Shown: piece by piece, positions 1 through 8,045 of the stretch
Layout of the letters: every line of letters starts with the position of its first letter
Numbering within the stretch: position 1 is the stretch's first letter
Origin: Promethearchaeota archaeon
GTDB lineage: Archaea; Asgardarchaeota; Lokiarchaeia; Sigyniarchaeales; Promethearchaeaceae
Length of the DNA: 32,000 nt
Assembly: GCA_016933055.1 (NCBI GenBank)
Contig: JAFGBS010000009.1
Span: forward strand, 720,001 to 752,000
Direction of reading: 5' to 3'
Position numbers and translations under genes: made by a program
The notes under the pieces: model-generated
Databases searched by the model: none
What the model was told of the DNA's origin: nothing
Seen by the model: only the letters and a program-made list of their open reading frames with translations

Positions 1-2
1 AT

Positions 3-668
3 TATTGAATGAAGGTCTGTTTCTAATATCTTGGTTTTGGAAATATGCGATTCCGAAATATGATCCAATTTAATATTTAACGAGGTATTATCTTCTGTAA
101 ACTTATTGGAATGATTGTCCCAAAGTGTAGATGCCTCTGTTTCTACTTCTCGTACATCTTTTTCAAGCTTTGCATAGGTGTCTCGAGCGGTGGTTGTAAA
201 CCTGTCTTTAGCTTTCTCAATCGCAGCCCGTTTTTCGGAATCATGTTCATCCGAACCTCTAAAGAATTCTTCGATTTGATTCTTTACACGTTCATCAATC
301 TCTTCCACTGAACCAGTACGAATGGATTCAAGATTATCAAAACGTTTTGATTGATCCTCCAGAACAGCATCCTTTATTTTCTCAATTTTTCCTCGGAACT
401 TTTTCGATTCTTCAATTACTAAGGAAAAGTAGGGTTCAAGGGGGATATATCTGGACACAGATACTTCCGATTTAATTTCCTTAAGAAATTTTTCCTCGCA
501 TAATTTATCTGTAATAGTTTTCACGAGCTCGTAATTCATTTCAAGATACGTTGCTATGAAACTAGCAGTTGCCTGGGGATTTCCAAGATATGCAATCAGC
601 ACATCGATCTCTTCTTCATTTAGTCCGTATTGACTAAAAATAGATCTTGTCTCTTCTTTTAGTGACAT
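3..668 (-). CDS. TrmB-like winged-helix protein with long proline-free helical (11-residue repeat) region; 3'-partial, runs off the window edge
   Basis: Not in the ORF track. Hand translation from ATG at 668 gives 222 open codons: MSLKEETRSIFSQYGLNEEEIDVLIAYLGNPQATASFIATYLEMNYELVKTITDKLCEEKFL...RYIPLEP. The start matches the TrmB N-terminal pattern (xGLxxxExxV...Yx(P/A)xxP) and is followed by a charged helical segment. Confidence 0.75.
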   Translation of the reverse strand, partial: MSLKEETRSIFSQYGLNEEEIDVLIAYLGNPQATASFIATYLEMNYELVKTITDKLCEEKFLKEIKSEVSVSRYIPLEPYFSLVIEESKKFRGKIEKIKDAVLEDQSKRFDNLESIRTGSVEEIDERVKNQIEEFFRGSDEHDSEKRAAIEKAKDRFTTTARDTYAKLEKDVREVETEASTLWDNHSNKFTEDNTSLNIKLDHISESHISKTKILETDLHSI

Positions 669-783
669 GTTCAATATCGCCCATGTGTTTTTTAATAATG
701 TAATTTTTTTGAAAGGCTAATAAATTTTTGATTCTACCTCGTTTTTAGAGTACTTCCTTAATAATAAATGATTAAGTTACTTA

Positions 784-1809
784 TTAAGATTTAAATGTAA
801 AATCCGTCTGTTCAAGGGTATTTTTATTTATAAAGTCTTCAAGTTCATGGATGGATTTTGGTAACCCAATTCTAACTCCCCAGCCTTCAACTTCGAATGC
901 AGAAAGTGCTGAAGCATATTTCGCGATTTTTTTTAAGGATAGATTGTTTAAGATACCATAAATAAAACCCGATGCAAAGGCATCTCCAGCACCAGTTGTA
1001 TCGGAAACAGTGACTTTATATATCCCTGATTCAACAACTTGATCTCCGTCAATCAATCTCGATCCTTTAGAACCTAATGATACCGCCATCTTCTTTAGAC
1101 CCCATGAAAGCATTTTTTTAATTCCTTTAATTGTGGTATTTTCTCCAGTCAATTCTTGAATTTCTTCACTATTCATACAGGCAAAATCAGACTGTTTTAC
1201 AAATCGGATCGCATCCTCATGTCTTTTCTTTATTATTGAAATAGAAGGACAAGCACATACAAACACATCATATTTTTTGGCATATTCAATTGCTTTTTGG
1301 ATTGCACCACAACTTTTTTCAGAGGTCAATGAGGTCCAAACGAGAATTTTGGCATCTTTTATCATTTCTTCCTTGACATATTCTGCATCTGCTAAATCCG
1401 CAGCACCTTTATAGACTAATATGGATCTGTCTTTTCCGTATCCGGTCATTAAAACGATTGATACGCCTGTTAAGTCCTCTTTAGTTCGCTTTACAAAAGA
1501 TATATCGACTCCTCTACTACGTAAATCCTCTAATGATATATTTCCATTTTGGTCCATCCCAACTACTCCAAGATATCGCGTCTTCAATCCAATAGATGCC
1601 AGATCTGCGGCAACATTGCATGCAGAACCGCCGGGGACTATGTGCAATGAGTCCACATTAACTTTACTAGAATATTCGATAGCAGTATATTTCTTAACCA
1701 CTTCTTGAGAGTATGTCTCAAATCTCATAACGTCTTTAACTGCCATAATCAGATCTGCAGATGCACCTCCTATAGTGACAACATCAATCTGTTTTTTTGA
1801 GTTTTCCAT
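784..1809 (-). CDS. PfkB/ribokinase-family carbohydrate or nucleoside kinase
   Basis: PfkB signatures PGGSACNVA and DTTGAGDAFASG; NSEE motif. Substrate cannot be determined from sequence. Confidence 0.93.
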   Translation of the reverse strand: MENSKKQIDVVTIGGASADLIMAVKDVMRFETYSQEVVKKYTAIEYSSKVNVDSLHIVPGGSACNVAADLASIGLKTRYLGVVGMDQNGNISLEDLRSRGVDISFVKRTKEDLTGVSIVLMTGYGKDRSILVYKGAADLADAEYVKEEMIKDAKILVWTSLTSEKSCGAIQKAIEYAKKYDVFVCACPSISIIKKRHEDAIRFVKQSDFACMNSEEIQELTGENTTIKGIKKMLSWGLKKMAVSLGSKGSRLIDGDQVVESGIYKVTVSDTTGAGDAFASGFIYGILNNLSLKKIAKYASALSAFEVEGWGVRIGLPKSIHELEDFINKNTLEQTDFTFKS

Positions 1810-1853
1810 GTGTATTCCTCCGATTAAGAATTTATAAAACTTAGTTCTATGAA

Positions 1854-2774
1854 TTATCTTAGCATTTTTTGAAAACTTGTGTACTCCGTGGATTTTTTCA
1901 TAATTCTCTTGCGATAATAAGCATTAATGCTATCTAAGAGTGCGATACCTGGAAACACATTATCTGCTTGATTAATGCTTCCATACATTGCGAAATCAGC
2001 ACCAGATCCCATTAAATAGGAAATAATCGCAGAATTTGTGCCTGTTTTACCCCTATCACCGAATAATTTCCAATTATCCCATTCGGATAATGCATTAATC
2101 GGTGCACATCCAACAGGTAATTTCAATTCTTCTTTAATCTTCTTTATAGAACCTGCGGAGATCGCAATACTTGGAACATCTAACACTGCAACATCGATAA
2201 TAAAATCTTGAATTCCTGCTAATTTCACTTTTTCTAACAATCCTGGATTTTCCGAATCGGTAGAAGTTAGCAACTCTACTTTTTGCTCTGGTTTTACTGC
2301 TCGTGAACCAAAACATAAAAGAACTGCATTTTTTACTCCAATGGTTTTAATTTTTGAACAATCTTCAAGCGTAGTCGCATTATCAATACTATTATATACA
2401 GCACGCTCTCGATATCCTATTTCAATCAATTTTTCGATTGCATATATTCTAGATTCATCAGTAAGACCATCCACTAAAAAAGGAATTTCCGATTTCTCTG
2501 CAATATATTCGCAGTACTTTAGCAAAGCTTCCTTGAATGATCCTACAACATCAATGATTGCCGGAATCCCCGTTCTTTCAGAAAATTCTAAGAAGTTTTG
2601 GATTTGTTGTTCGGCTTTTTCTTTATCAAAAACACCAGATCGTTCATCTTTGACGATTTTGTGACCATGATAAAACATGGATCCTATTAAGACAAACGGA
2701 AACTCCGACGATTCTCCCCCTATCTTAATATTACCAATTTGAGCAACTTTTTGACCAGAATCTGTTTCAAACAT
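1854..2774 (-). CDS. mtrH: MtrH-family methyltransferase (tetrahydromethanopterin S-methyltransferase subunit H-like), stand-alone
   Basis: QKVAQIGNIKIGG...VLIGSMFYHGHKIVKDERSGVFDKEKAE, YNSI, DVAVLD, LPVGCAPINA and DFAMYG match MtrH. No other mtr subunits are in the window. Confidence 0.9.
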   Translation of the reverse strand: MFETDSGQKVAQIGNIKIGGESSEFPFVLIGSMFYHGHKIVKDERSGVFDKEKAEQQIQNFLEFSERTGIPAIIDVVGSFKEALLKYCEYIAEKSEIPFLVDGLTDESRIYAIEKLIEIGYRERAVYNSIDNATTLEDCSKIKTIGVKNAVLLCFGSRAVKPEQKVELLTSTDSENPGLLEKVKLAGIQDFIIDVAVLDVPSIAISAGSIKKIKEELKLPVGCAPINALSEWDNWKLFGDRGKTGTNSAIISYLMGSGADFAMYGSINQADNVFPGIALLDSINAYYRKRIMKKSTEYTSFQKMLR

Positions 2775-2857
2775 AATACTTCAAAAATCATATATACATA
2801 GCGATTAAAAAAATAGATAGAAAACTAAGATCGTTTATCTAATTCGACTTATGATGA

Positions 2858-3547
2858 TTATATTTTTACGGGAGTTTTCCGAATTTTTAAATTAATGAAA
2901 AATTGTTTCAATTCTCCGAGTGTCCAAATGATGGATATGATAAATTCTGGTATCCATCGGTGCATAAGTATGATAATAAGAGCTGCAATAAAGGAACTAG
3001 CGGCCGAGATCGAGACATGAATGTCATCCCAATTCCACCCGTTATAATATAAACCAATTTGCAAAATCATTCTTGCTATATTCACTATGTAAAAGATCAA
3101 GGAAGACACTATTAAAGAAAGTAATTTCCTCCACCAGATAGTCTTATTCACTTTATCATTTTTTGAATGTGGAATCATCAATATTAATCCTGCAAAGATC
3201 GCAATAGCTTGTACTCCCGTGCACATAGTCGTGAACCCGATGTCTGCATATCCTACCACAGTGAATGAGTATCCTGAAATATCAATAGCGAATAATTCTC
3301 GTAAATTGTGAAATTTTGGAACGAAAGTATTTAATTCCCAGCCAAATGGCGCATCCTTTATTATTAAATTACCTAACCACACTGTTTGTTTCACTACCGG
3401 ACCATGTGTCCAGAACCAGAAATATTTGGTCAGATAAAAAAACACAAAAGATAATATCGGAGCCATAATCCAAAATAGCAAAACCCTCCATGCATCAAAA
3501 TCATATTTATTCTCTTTGTATTCGATTTCCGTCACTGAATTCACCAA
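2858..3547 (-). CDS. Archaeosortase/exosortase-family membrane transpeptidase
   Basis: Multi-TM protein with catalytic triad-like motifs in the expected order: TMCTG (Cys), VNIAR (Arg), WDDIH (His). Start is TTG 3547 or GTG 3544. Confidence 0.85.
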   Translation of the reverse strand: MVNSVTEIEYKENKYDFDAWRVLLFWIMAPILSFVFFYLTKYFWFWTHGPVVKQTVWLGNLIIKDAPFGWELNTFVPKFHNLRELFAIDISGYSFTVVGYADIGFTTMCTGVQAIAIFAGLILMIPHSKNDKVNKTIWWRKLLSLIVSSLIFYIVNIARMILQIGLYYNGWNWDDIHVSISAASSFIAALIIILMHRWIPEFIISIIWTLGELKQFFINLKIRKTPVKI

Positions 3548-3604
3548 ATTGTACCTAATAATGCACTTTATGTGTTGTAGATTAAAAAAGCTATCAATTT
3601 AAGT

Positions 3605-3621
3605 TAATGAATTCTTCATTA
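3605..3621. promoter_or_regulatory. Palindrome TAATGAA-TTC-TTCATTA between the divergent archaeosortase and TBP genes; candidate operator
   Basis: Perfect 7-bp arms (3605-3611 and 3615-3621) with a 3-bp spacer. AT-rich, so a chance occurrence is possible. Confidence 0.35.
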
Positions 3622-3672
3622 TTTGAAATAAGGTAGTATTTAAGTTGACTCAATTAGACTATAGTATCATTA

Positions 3673-3716
3673 CTTGGAGTTAAATTTTTTAGGTGGGAAT
3701 TTAACCACAATCCAAG
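3673..3716 (+). promoter_or_regulatory. Hairpin in the putative 5' leader of the TBP gene
   Basis: CTTGGA-GTTAAATT (3673-3686) pairs with AATTTAAC (3698-3705) and TCCAAG (3711-3716): 14 bp with a 5-nt bulge. TATA-like TATTTAAG near 3637-3644; SD-like AGGAG near 3728. Confidence 0.4.
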
Positions 3717-3736
3717 AGACTTAAAAAGGAGAGCAA

Positions 3737-4324
3737 ATGGAATTGAGTAATAGTGATGAAAAAATAAAAGGAGCATTCCAGATAACTAATATCGTTTCAT
3801 CTGTATCCCTTAAAACTCATATAGACCTTGATCTCCTTGCAGAAAAATACCAAGAAGTCGAATATAATGTTAATAATTTCCCAGGTGTGAGAATTCGATT
3901 CTCCAAACCAAAATGTACTGCCTTGCTCTATGAAAATGGAGAGATGATCATAACTGGTATAAAAAAGACAGAATTTATTCCTGTTATAATTTCCAAAGTG
4001 ATAAACAACCTTAAGATCAACAATATTGTAGTTCCAGAGAAACCAAGTTGTAGAATCGTTAATATGGCTGTAAGTGGGCATCTTAAGAAGAGAATTGATC
4101 TGGATCTAGCCAGTGTAGTATTAGAACGTACTATTTATGAACCCGAAGTATTTCCTGGTTTAGTCCTACGCATAGATGATCCCCATAAATGCGTATTTCT
4201 TTGCTTTTCTAATGGGAAATTTGTGGTTACGGGTTTAATAAAAAAAGATCAAATCAAAGAATCCGTAATTAGCTTTGGAAATCTCATTAAAAATAACGAT
4301 CTATTTCTATTAGATGATGAGTAA
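3737..4324 (+). CDS. tbp: TATA-box-binding protein family, divergent copy
   Basis: Two TBP repeats: NIVSS...YNVNNFPG...TALLYENGEMIITG and NMAVSG...YEPEVFPG...FLCFSNGKFVVTG; short acidic tail. Confidence 0.93.
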   Translation: MELSNSDEKIKGAFQITNIVSSVSLKTHIDLDLLAEKYQEVEYNVNNFPGVRIRFSKPKCTALLYENGEMIITGIKKTEFIPVIISKVINNLKINNIVVPEKPSCRIVNMAVSGHLKKRIDLDLASVVLERTIYEPEVFPGLVLRIDDPHKCVFLCFSNGKFVVTGLIKKDQIKESVISFGNLIKNNDLFLLDDE

Positions 4325-4411
4325 TAATCGTTAAGTAGAGGTAATGTCATAAACAAATATATTCGGTTTCTCTTGACAGTTATTAACCTTAGAATTAATC
4401 TTATGATTACA

Positions 4412-5965
4412 ATGACATATAATGTGTTTATCCGAGGAATTTATTCTACTGCACTCACTAAATTGTTTTACGATTTAGGATACAATATTGTTTATTCAAG
4501 TCCTCCCATTAGAGAAAGATTCAACTTAGAAGAATTCTCTGAGAATTGGAAAAATAAATTTTCCAAACAAATAATTATCAATGATAGATACGATCGAGAG
4601 GGTATTTCGGTTACTACCAAGAAAGAAATTTGGCCAGATATCAAAGATACCTTTCCTCTTAACGGATCAGATTTCCCAAATTTATTGCAATATTATGCAA
4701 GATTTCCGATGAACTCAATCTATAAAGGTATCGTAATCTCTTGTAATAAAATAAAAAATTACTCGTTAGTTCGTTTGATTCCTGAGCAACAGAACAATGA
4801 TACGGAAGTGGAATCTCATTTCACTACTACAATAGGTCGAATTAACCGTTTTCTACCCGTAGGTAGTGAAGACATTTTTCAAATTTCTTATGAAGATGTT
4901 GGACAGTCCTATGCATATCTTAATCAAGGATACACTGTTTCGGGTGATCTTGCTGTTATTATGCCATATAATAAACGAGGATTAATCTCCAAAAAAATCA
5001 AAGATAAAACAGAACGCACACGACTAAAAAAAGTAATTGATGAGATTACTGCCAAAGATTTTGGGATCTTGATCCGAACTGTAGCTCAATACGCTGATGA
5101 ATTGGAAATTTTAAAACAAATTCAGCAATTGAGAGAAAAATATATAGAAATCGAGTCTTTAATCAATCAATCAGGATCTCAAATCGGAGAAATTTATTCC
5201 GATGCTGTATCCCTCAATTATCTGTTTCCTAATACTACAAAATATAAATTTGATCAAATTCGGGACTCAATTTTACCCACATTGCCTTTACATCATGAAA
5301 TAAAAGCTACCACAAATGTGGGAGACCGATCACATCTTAAGACTTTATTACTAATTGAAGAAATTTTGGAGGAGACAGGAGGAAATGGATTTACCGAAAG
5401 CATCCAAAACAAATTTCTATCCTATTATTCCTCTAATTTATATGTTCCCCGACAAATTTTGAATATTCATCACTATAAAATAAATGGACGAATTCTTCAT
5501 CTTCAATCCGGACAAATTAAAAAAATCGACAGGTTAAGAAATCCTAATCGCCTACAAGTTATTCTAAGAAGGCATGTGAAATCCCAAGGACTCTATGATG
5601 GTTTAGAAATCCCGATCGAGGAAGGAGATTATGCTATTGGGATCTATGAACAAGAAAGCTGGTTTTCCGAAACTTCCTATTATACGAAGGATAATGAACT
5701 AAAAGGAAAATATTTCAATATCAATACTCCTTTGGTATTTCGACCAGATGGAATCCATTATTTTGACCTTGAGATCGATGTGATTGAACCGTTAAATCGA
5801 AAACGAATTGTTATCGATGCGGAATTGCTTGAAAAAGCGGCAGAAAGAGGGATCATCTCTCCATATTTATACAGTAAAGCGTTAGAAACTGCAGAAGAAC
5901 TGAAAAATAATGAAAAAATTATAAATCGTACTCCTCACCAAGGTCTGAAAGAAGAAATTGGGTAA
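4412..5965 (+). CDS. fau-1: FAU-1 RNA-binding protein/endoribonuclease (RNase E/G-like N-terminus, DUF402 C-terminus)
   Basis: N-terminal VFIRGIYSTALT, RNase G-like GILIRTVA and DUF402-like YFNINTP...YFDLEIDV. Start refined to ATG 4412 (alternative 4403); the track uses TTG 4373. Confidence 0.88.
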   Translation: MTYNVFIRGIYSTALTKLFYDLGYNIVYSSPPIRERFNLEEFSENWKNKFSKQIIINDRYDREGISVTTKKEIWPDIKDTFPLNGSDFPNLLQYYARFPMNSIYKGIVISCNKIKNYSLVRLIPEQQNNDTEVESHFTTTIGRINRFLPVGSEDIFQISYEDVGQSYAYLNQGYTVSGDLAVIMPYNKRGLISKKIKDKTERTRLKKVIDEITAKDFGILIRTVAQYADELEILKQIQQLREKYIEIESLINQSGSQIGEIYSDAVSLNYLFPNTTKYKFDQIRDSILPTLPLHHEIKATTNVGDRSHLKTLLLIEEILEETGGNGFTESIQNKFLSYYSSNLYVPRQILNIHHYKINGRILHLQSGQIKKIDRLRNPNRLQVILRRHVKSQGLYDGLEIPIEEGDYAIGIYEQESWFSETSYYTKDNELKGKYFNINTPLVFRPDGIHYFDLEIDVIEPLNRKRIVIDAELLEKAAERGIISPYLYSKALETAEELKNNEKIINRTPHQGLKEEIG

Positions 5966-7073
5966 TAAGAGCAACTGTGCTCTCCAGATCCACCAAATCC
6001 ATTGTTTCAATCATCGTGTGCATGTATCTTAAAGGAGTTGAAACTAATCCGACGGGAATGCCTTCTCGCGTGACTTGCAATATTCTTGCGTCCGTTCCAG
6101 TGGGACTGTTAGCCGAAATCACTTGGAATGGGATTTTATTAGTTTTACCTATGTTAATTAGCTTTTTGGAGATCTTAGGGTGTAAATTCGGTCCAACGGC
6201 TATAGTTGGTCCATCTCCCATTTTTACATCTGCAAAATCAGATTTTTTCAAATTAGGATGATCAAAGGCAAATGAAACTTCTAATGCTAATGCTAACGTA
6301 GGATTTATGCGGTACCCCGCAACAGTTGCTCCTCGCACACCCAGTTCTTCTTGAGTTGAAAAAGTGAATATGATTGTTTGTTTCGGGGGGGCTTTCTTTG
6401 AAATGTTTTGTAAAGCACGAATTAACACATAACATCCGGCTCGATCGTCAAAAGATTTTCCATTCACACGTGTACTATTGGGAAATTTCTGCATTTTTTG
6501 ATCGAATTCTGCAAAATCCCCGATCTGCACGTATTTTTCTACTTCTTCCTTACTATTTAACCCTACATCTATGAATAAGTCCTTAAGTTCTGAGGTCTTT
6601 TTTCGTTCATCCGACCCAAGAAAATGAATAGATTTTTCTCCAAATATTCCTGGTATTTCTCCGTTATACCCAGCAATTAAAACACGGGAACCGGGGAGCA
6701 ATCGAGGATTCTGCCCTCCAATTTGAGACACGCGAATAAATCCCTCCTTATCAATGTAGCGAACAATGAAACCAATTTCATCCATATGAGCACTTAACAT
6801 GACGGATGTATCGTTTGAAGTCCCATAGTTGATTCCATGTTTAACTCCATAAAGATTTCCCATCGTATCAGAAAACACTTTATCGCAGAGTGGAGTTATT
6901 ATGTTTCGAATATATTTACTGATTTTTTCTTCATGCCCCGAGCATCCTCGTGTTTCAGACAACCCACGCAAGAGTTCAATATCCCACTTTTCCTCGGAAG
7001 TTTTTGATTTAGGTTCTTCCTTTGGTTGAGCTTTTGTTTTATTTTCTATTGCATCGATTTTTTCTTTAACCAA
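5919..7073 (-). CDS. M42-family metallo-aminopeptidase (TET/FrvX-like)
   Basis: SAHMDEIG, FDDRAGC, QEELG and RYMHT metal and catalytic motifs. TTG start is preceded by SD-like AGGTG. Confidence 0.95.
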   Translation of the reverse strand: MVKEKIDAIENKTKAQPKEEPKSKTSEEKWDIELLRGLSETRGCSGHEEKISKYIRNIITPLCDKVFSDTMGNLYGVKHGINYGTSNDTSVMLSAHMDEIGFIVRYIDKEGFIRVSQIGGQNPRLLPGSRVLIAGYNGEIPGIFGEKSIHFLGSDERKKTSELKDLFIDVGLNSKEEVEKYVQIGDFAEFDQKMQKFPNSTRVNGKSFDDRAGCYVLIRALQNISKKAPPKQTIIFTFSTQEELGVRGATVAGYRINPTLALALEVSFAFDHPNLKKSDFADVKMGDGPTIAVGPNLHPKISKKLINIGKTNKIPFQVISANSPTGTDARILQVTREGIPVGLVSTPLRYMHTMIETMDLVDLESTVALITQFLLSDLGEEYDL

Positions 7074-7174
7074 TTTTCAACACCTAGAAATATCGCATAC
7101 ACACCATACAATTAAAATATCGTCTCCATGTTCTTACTTCTATTTTTTAAACCTCAGAAATATTTAATTATTGT

Positions 7175-8038
7175 ATGACTGCACCCTTTCCGAATGAAGA
7201 ATCTAATGGAGAAATTTATGGAGAATCCAATAATGAGAATTTATTCACTGAGATTTTGAAAAAAAATTATGGGGAAGAATATCAATCTACTTTACATATT
7301 GGAGAAAAAGATACAACTCCTGTTGTTATCATAGATACACGCGAAAAGGGAAGTGGAATCGGCAGCAAGCTGGAAAAGCTTGGAGCAACTGTAATTTATG
7401 AAACATTGGATGTGGGAGATTATCTATGTTCGTGGGATACTGCAGTAGAACGAAAGCGTGGGGATGATTTTCGATCTTCAGTATTTGGGGGATCCAATTC
7501 CAGTAATGTATTTGAGCAGTTACTGCGATTATCCGATGCAATAGAGAAACCCATCCTTCTCATCGAGGATTTTAATAAAGCTTTTGGACCCCCAGGTGCT
7601 GATGAGCGTGTAAGTTCTATATATGGTGCTTTGATTTCAATCGCTATTAAATTAAATATTCCAGTGATTCCCACTCGAAATAGTAGTGATACTGCAGTTG
7701 TATTATATCGCATTGCAAAACGGCAACAGGAAGAAAGGAATATCCGGGGAATCGCACGTCGAGCTCCGAAGTCCTTAACATTAAAAGAACGTCAAGCATT
7801 TGTGCTAGAGGGTTTATTTAAAGTGGGACCAACGAAAAGTCATCAATTAATTGAGCAATTTAAGTGTCCCATCAATTTCTTCACAGAATTGATGAATACT
7901 GAAATTATTTACACAAAGAGCGGTAATCCAAAGGGTATTACGGGAAAACTAGCAGAAATAAAAGGTTTTGGATGGAAGTTTGTTAAAGACAACAAGTCTT
8001 TACTATTAAGTGAAGAAGAATCCGAAAGAGAAAAATAA
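7175..8038 (+). CDS. xpf: ERCC4/XPF-family structure-specific endonuclease, short form (nuclease plus HhH2, no helicase)
   Basis: IDTRE, GDY...VERK...D nuclease motif, LLIE, and HhH motifs LFKVGPTK and IKGFGWK. Confidence 0.92.
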   Translation: MTAPFPNEESNGEIYGESNNENLFTEILKKNYGEEYQSTLHIGEKDTTPVVIIDTREKGSGIGSKLEKLGATVIYETLDVGDYLCSWDTAVERKRGDDFRSSVFGGSNSSNVFEQLLRLSDAIEKPILLIEDFNKAFGPPGADERVSSIYGALISIAIKLNIPVIPTRNSSDTAVVLYRIAKRQQEERNIRGIARRAPKSLTLKERQAFVLEGLFKVGPTKSHQLIEQFKCPINFFTELMNTEIIYTKSGNPKGITGKLAEIKGFGWKFVKDNKSLLLSEEESEREK

Positions 8039-8045
8039 TACTTGG

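Noticed and set aside
7081-7163. Near-direct repeat ACCT(C)AGAAATAT in the M42/XPF divergent promoter
   Set aside because: Only two short AT-rich copies with an indel; compatible with chance.
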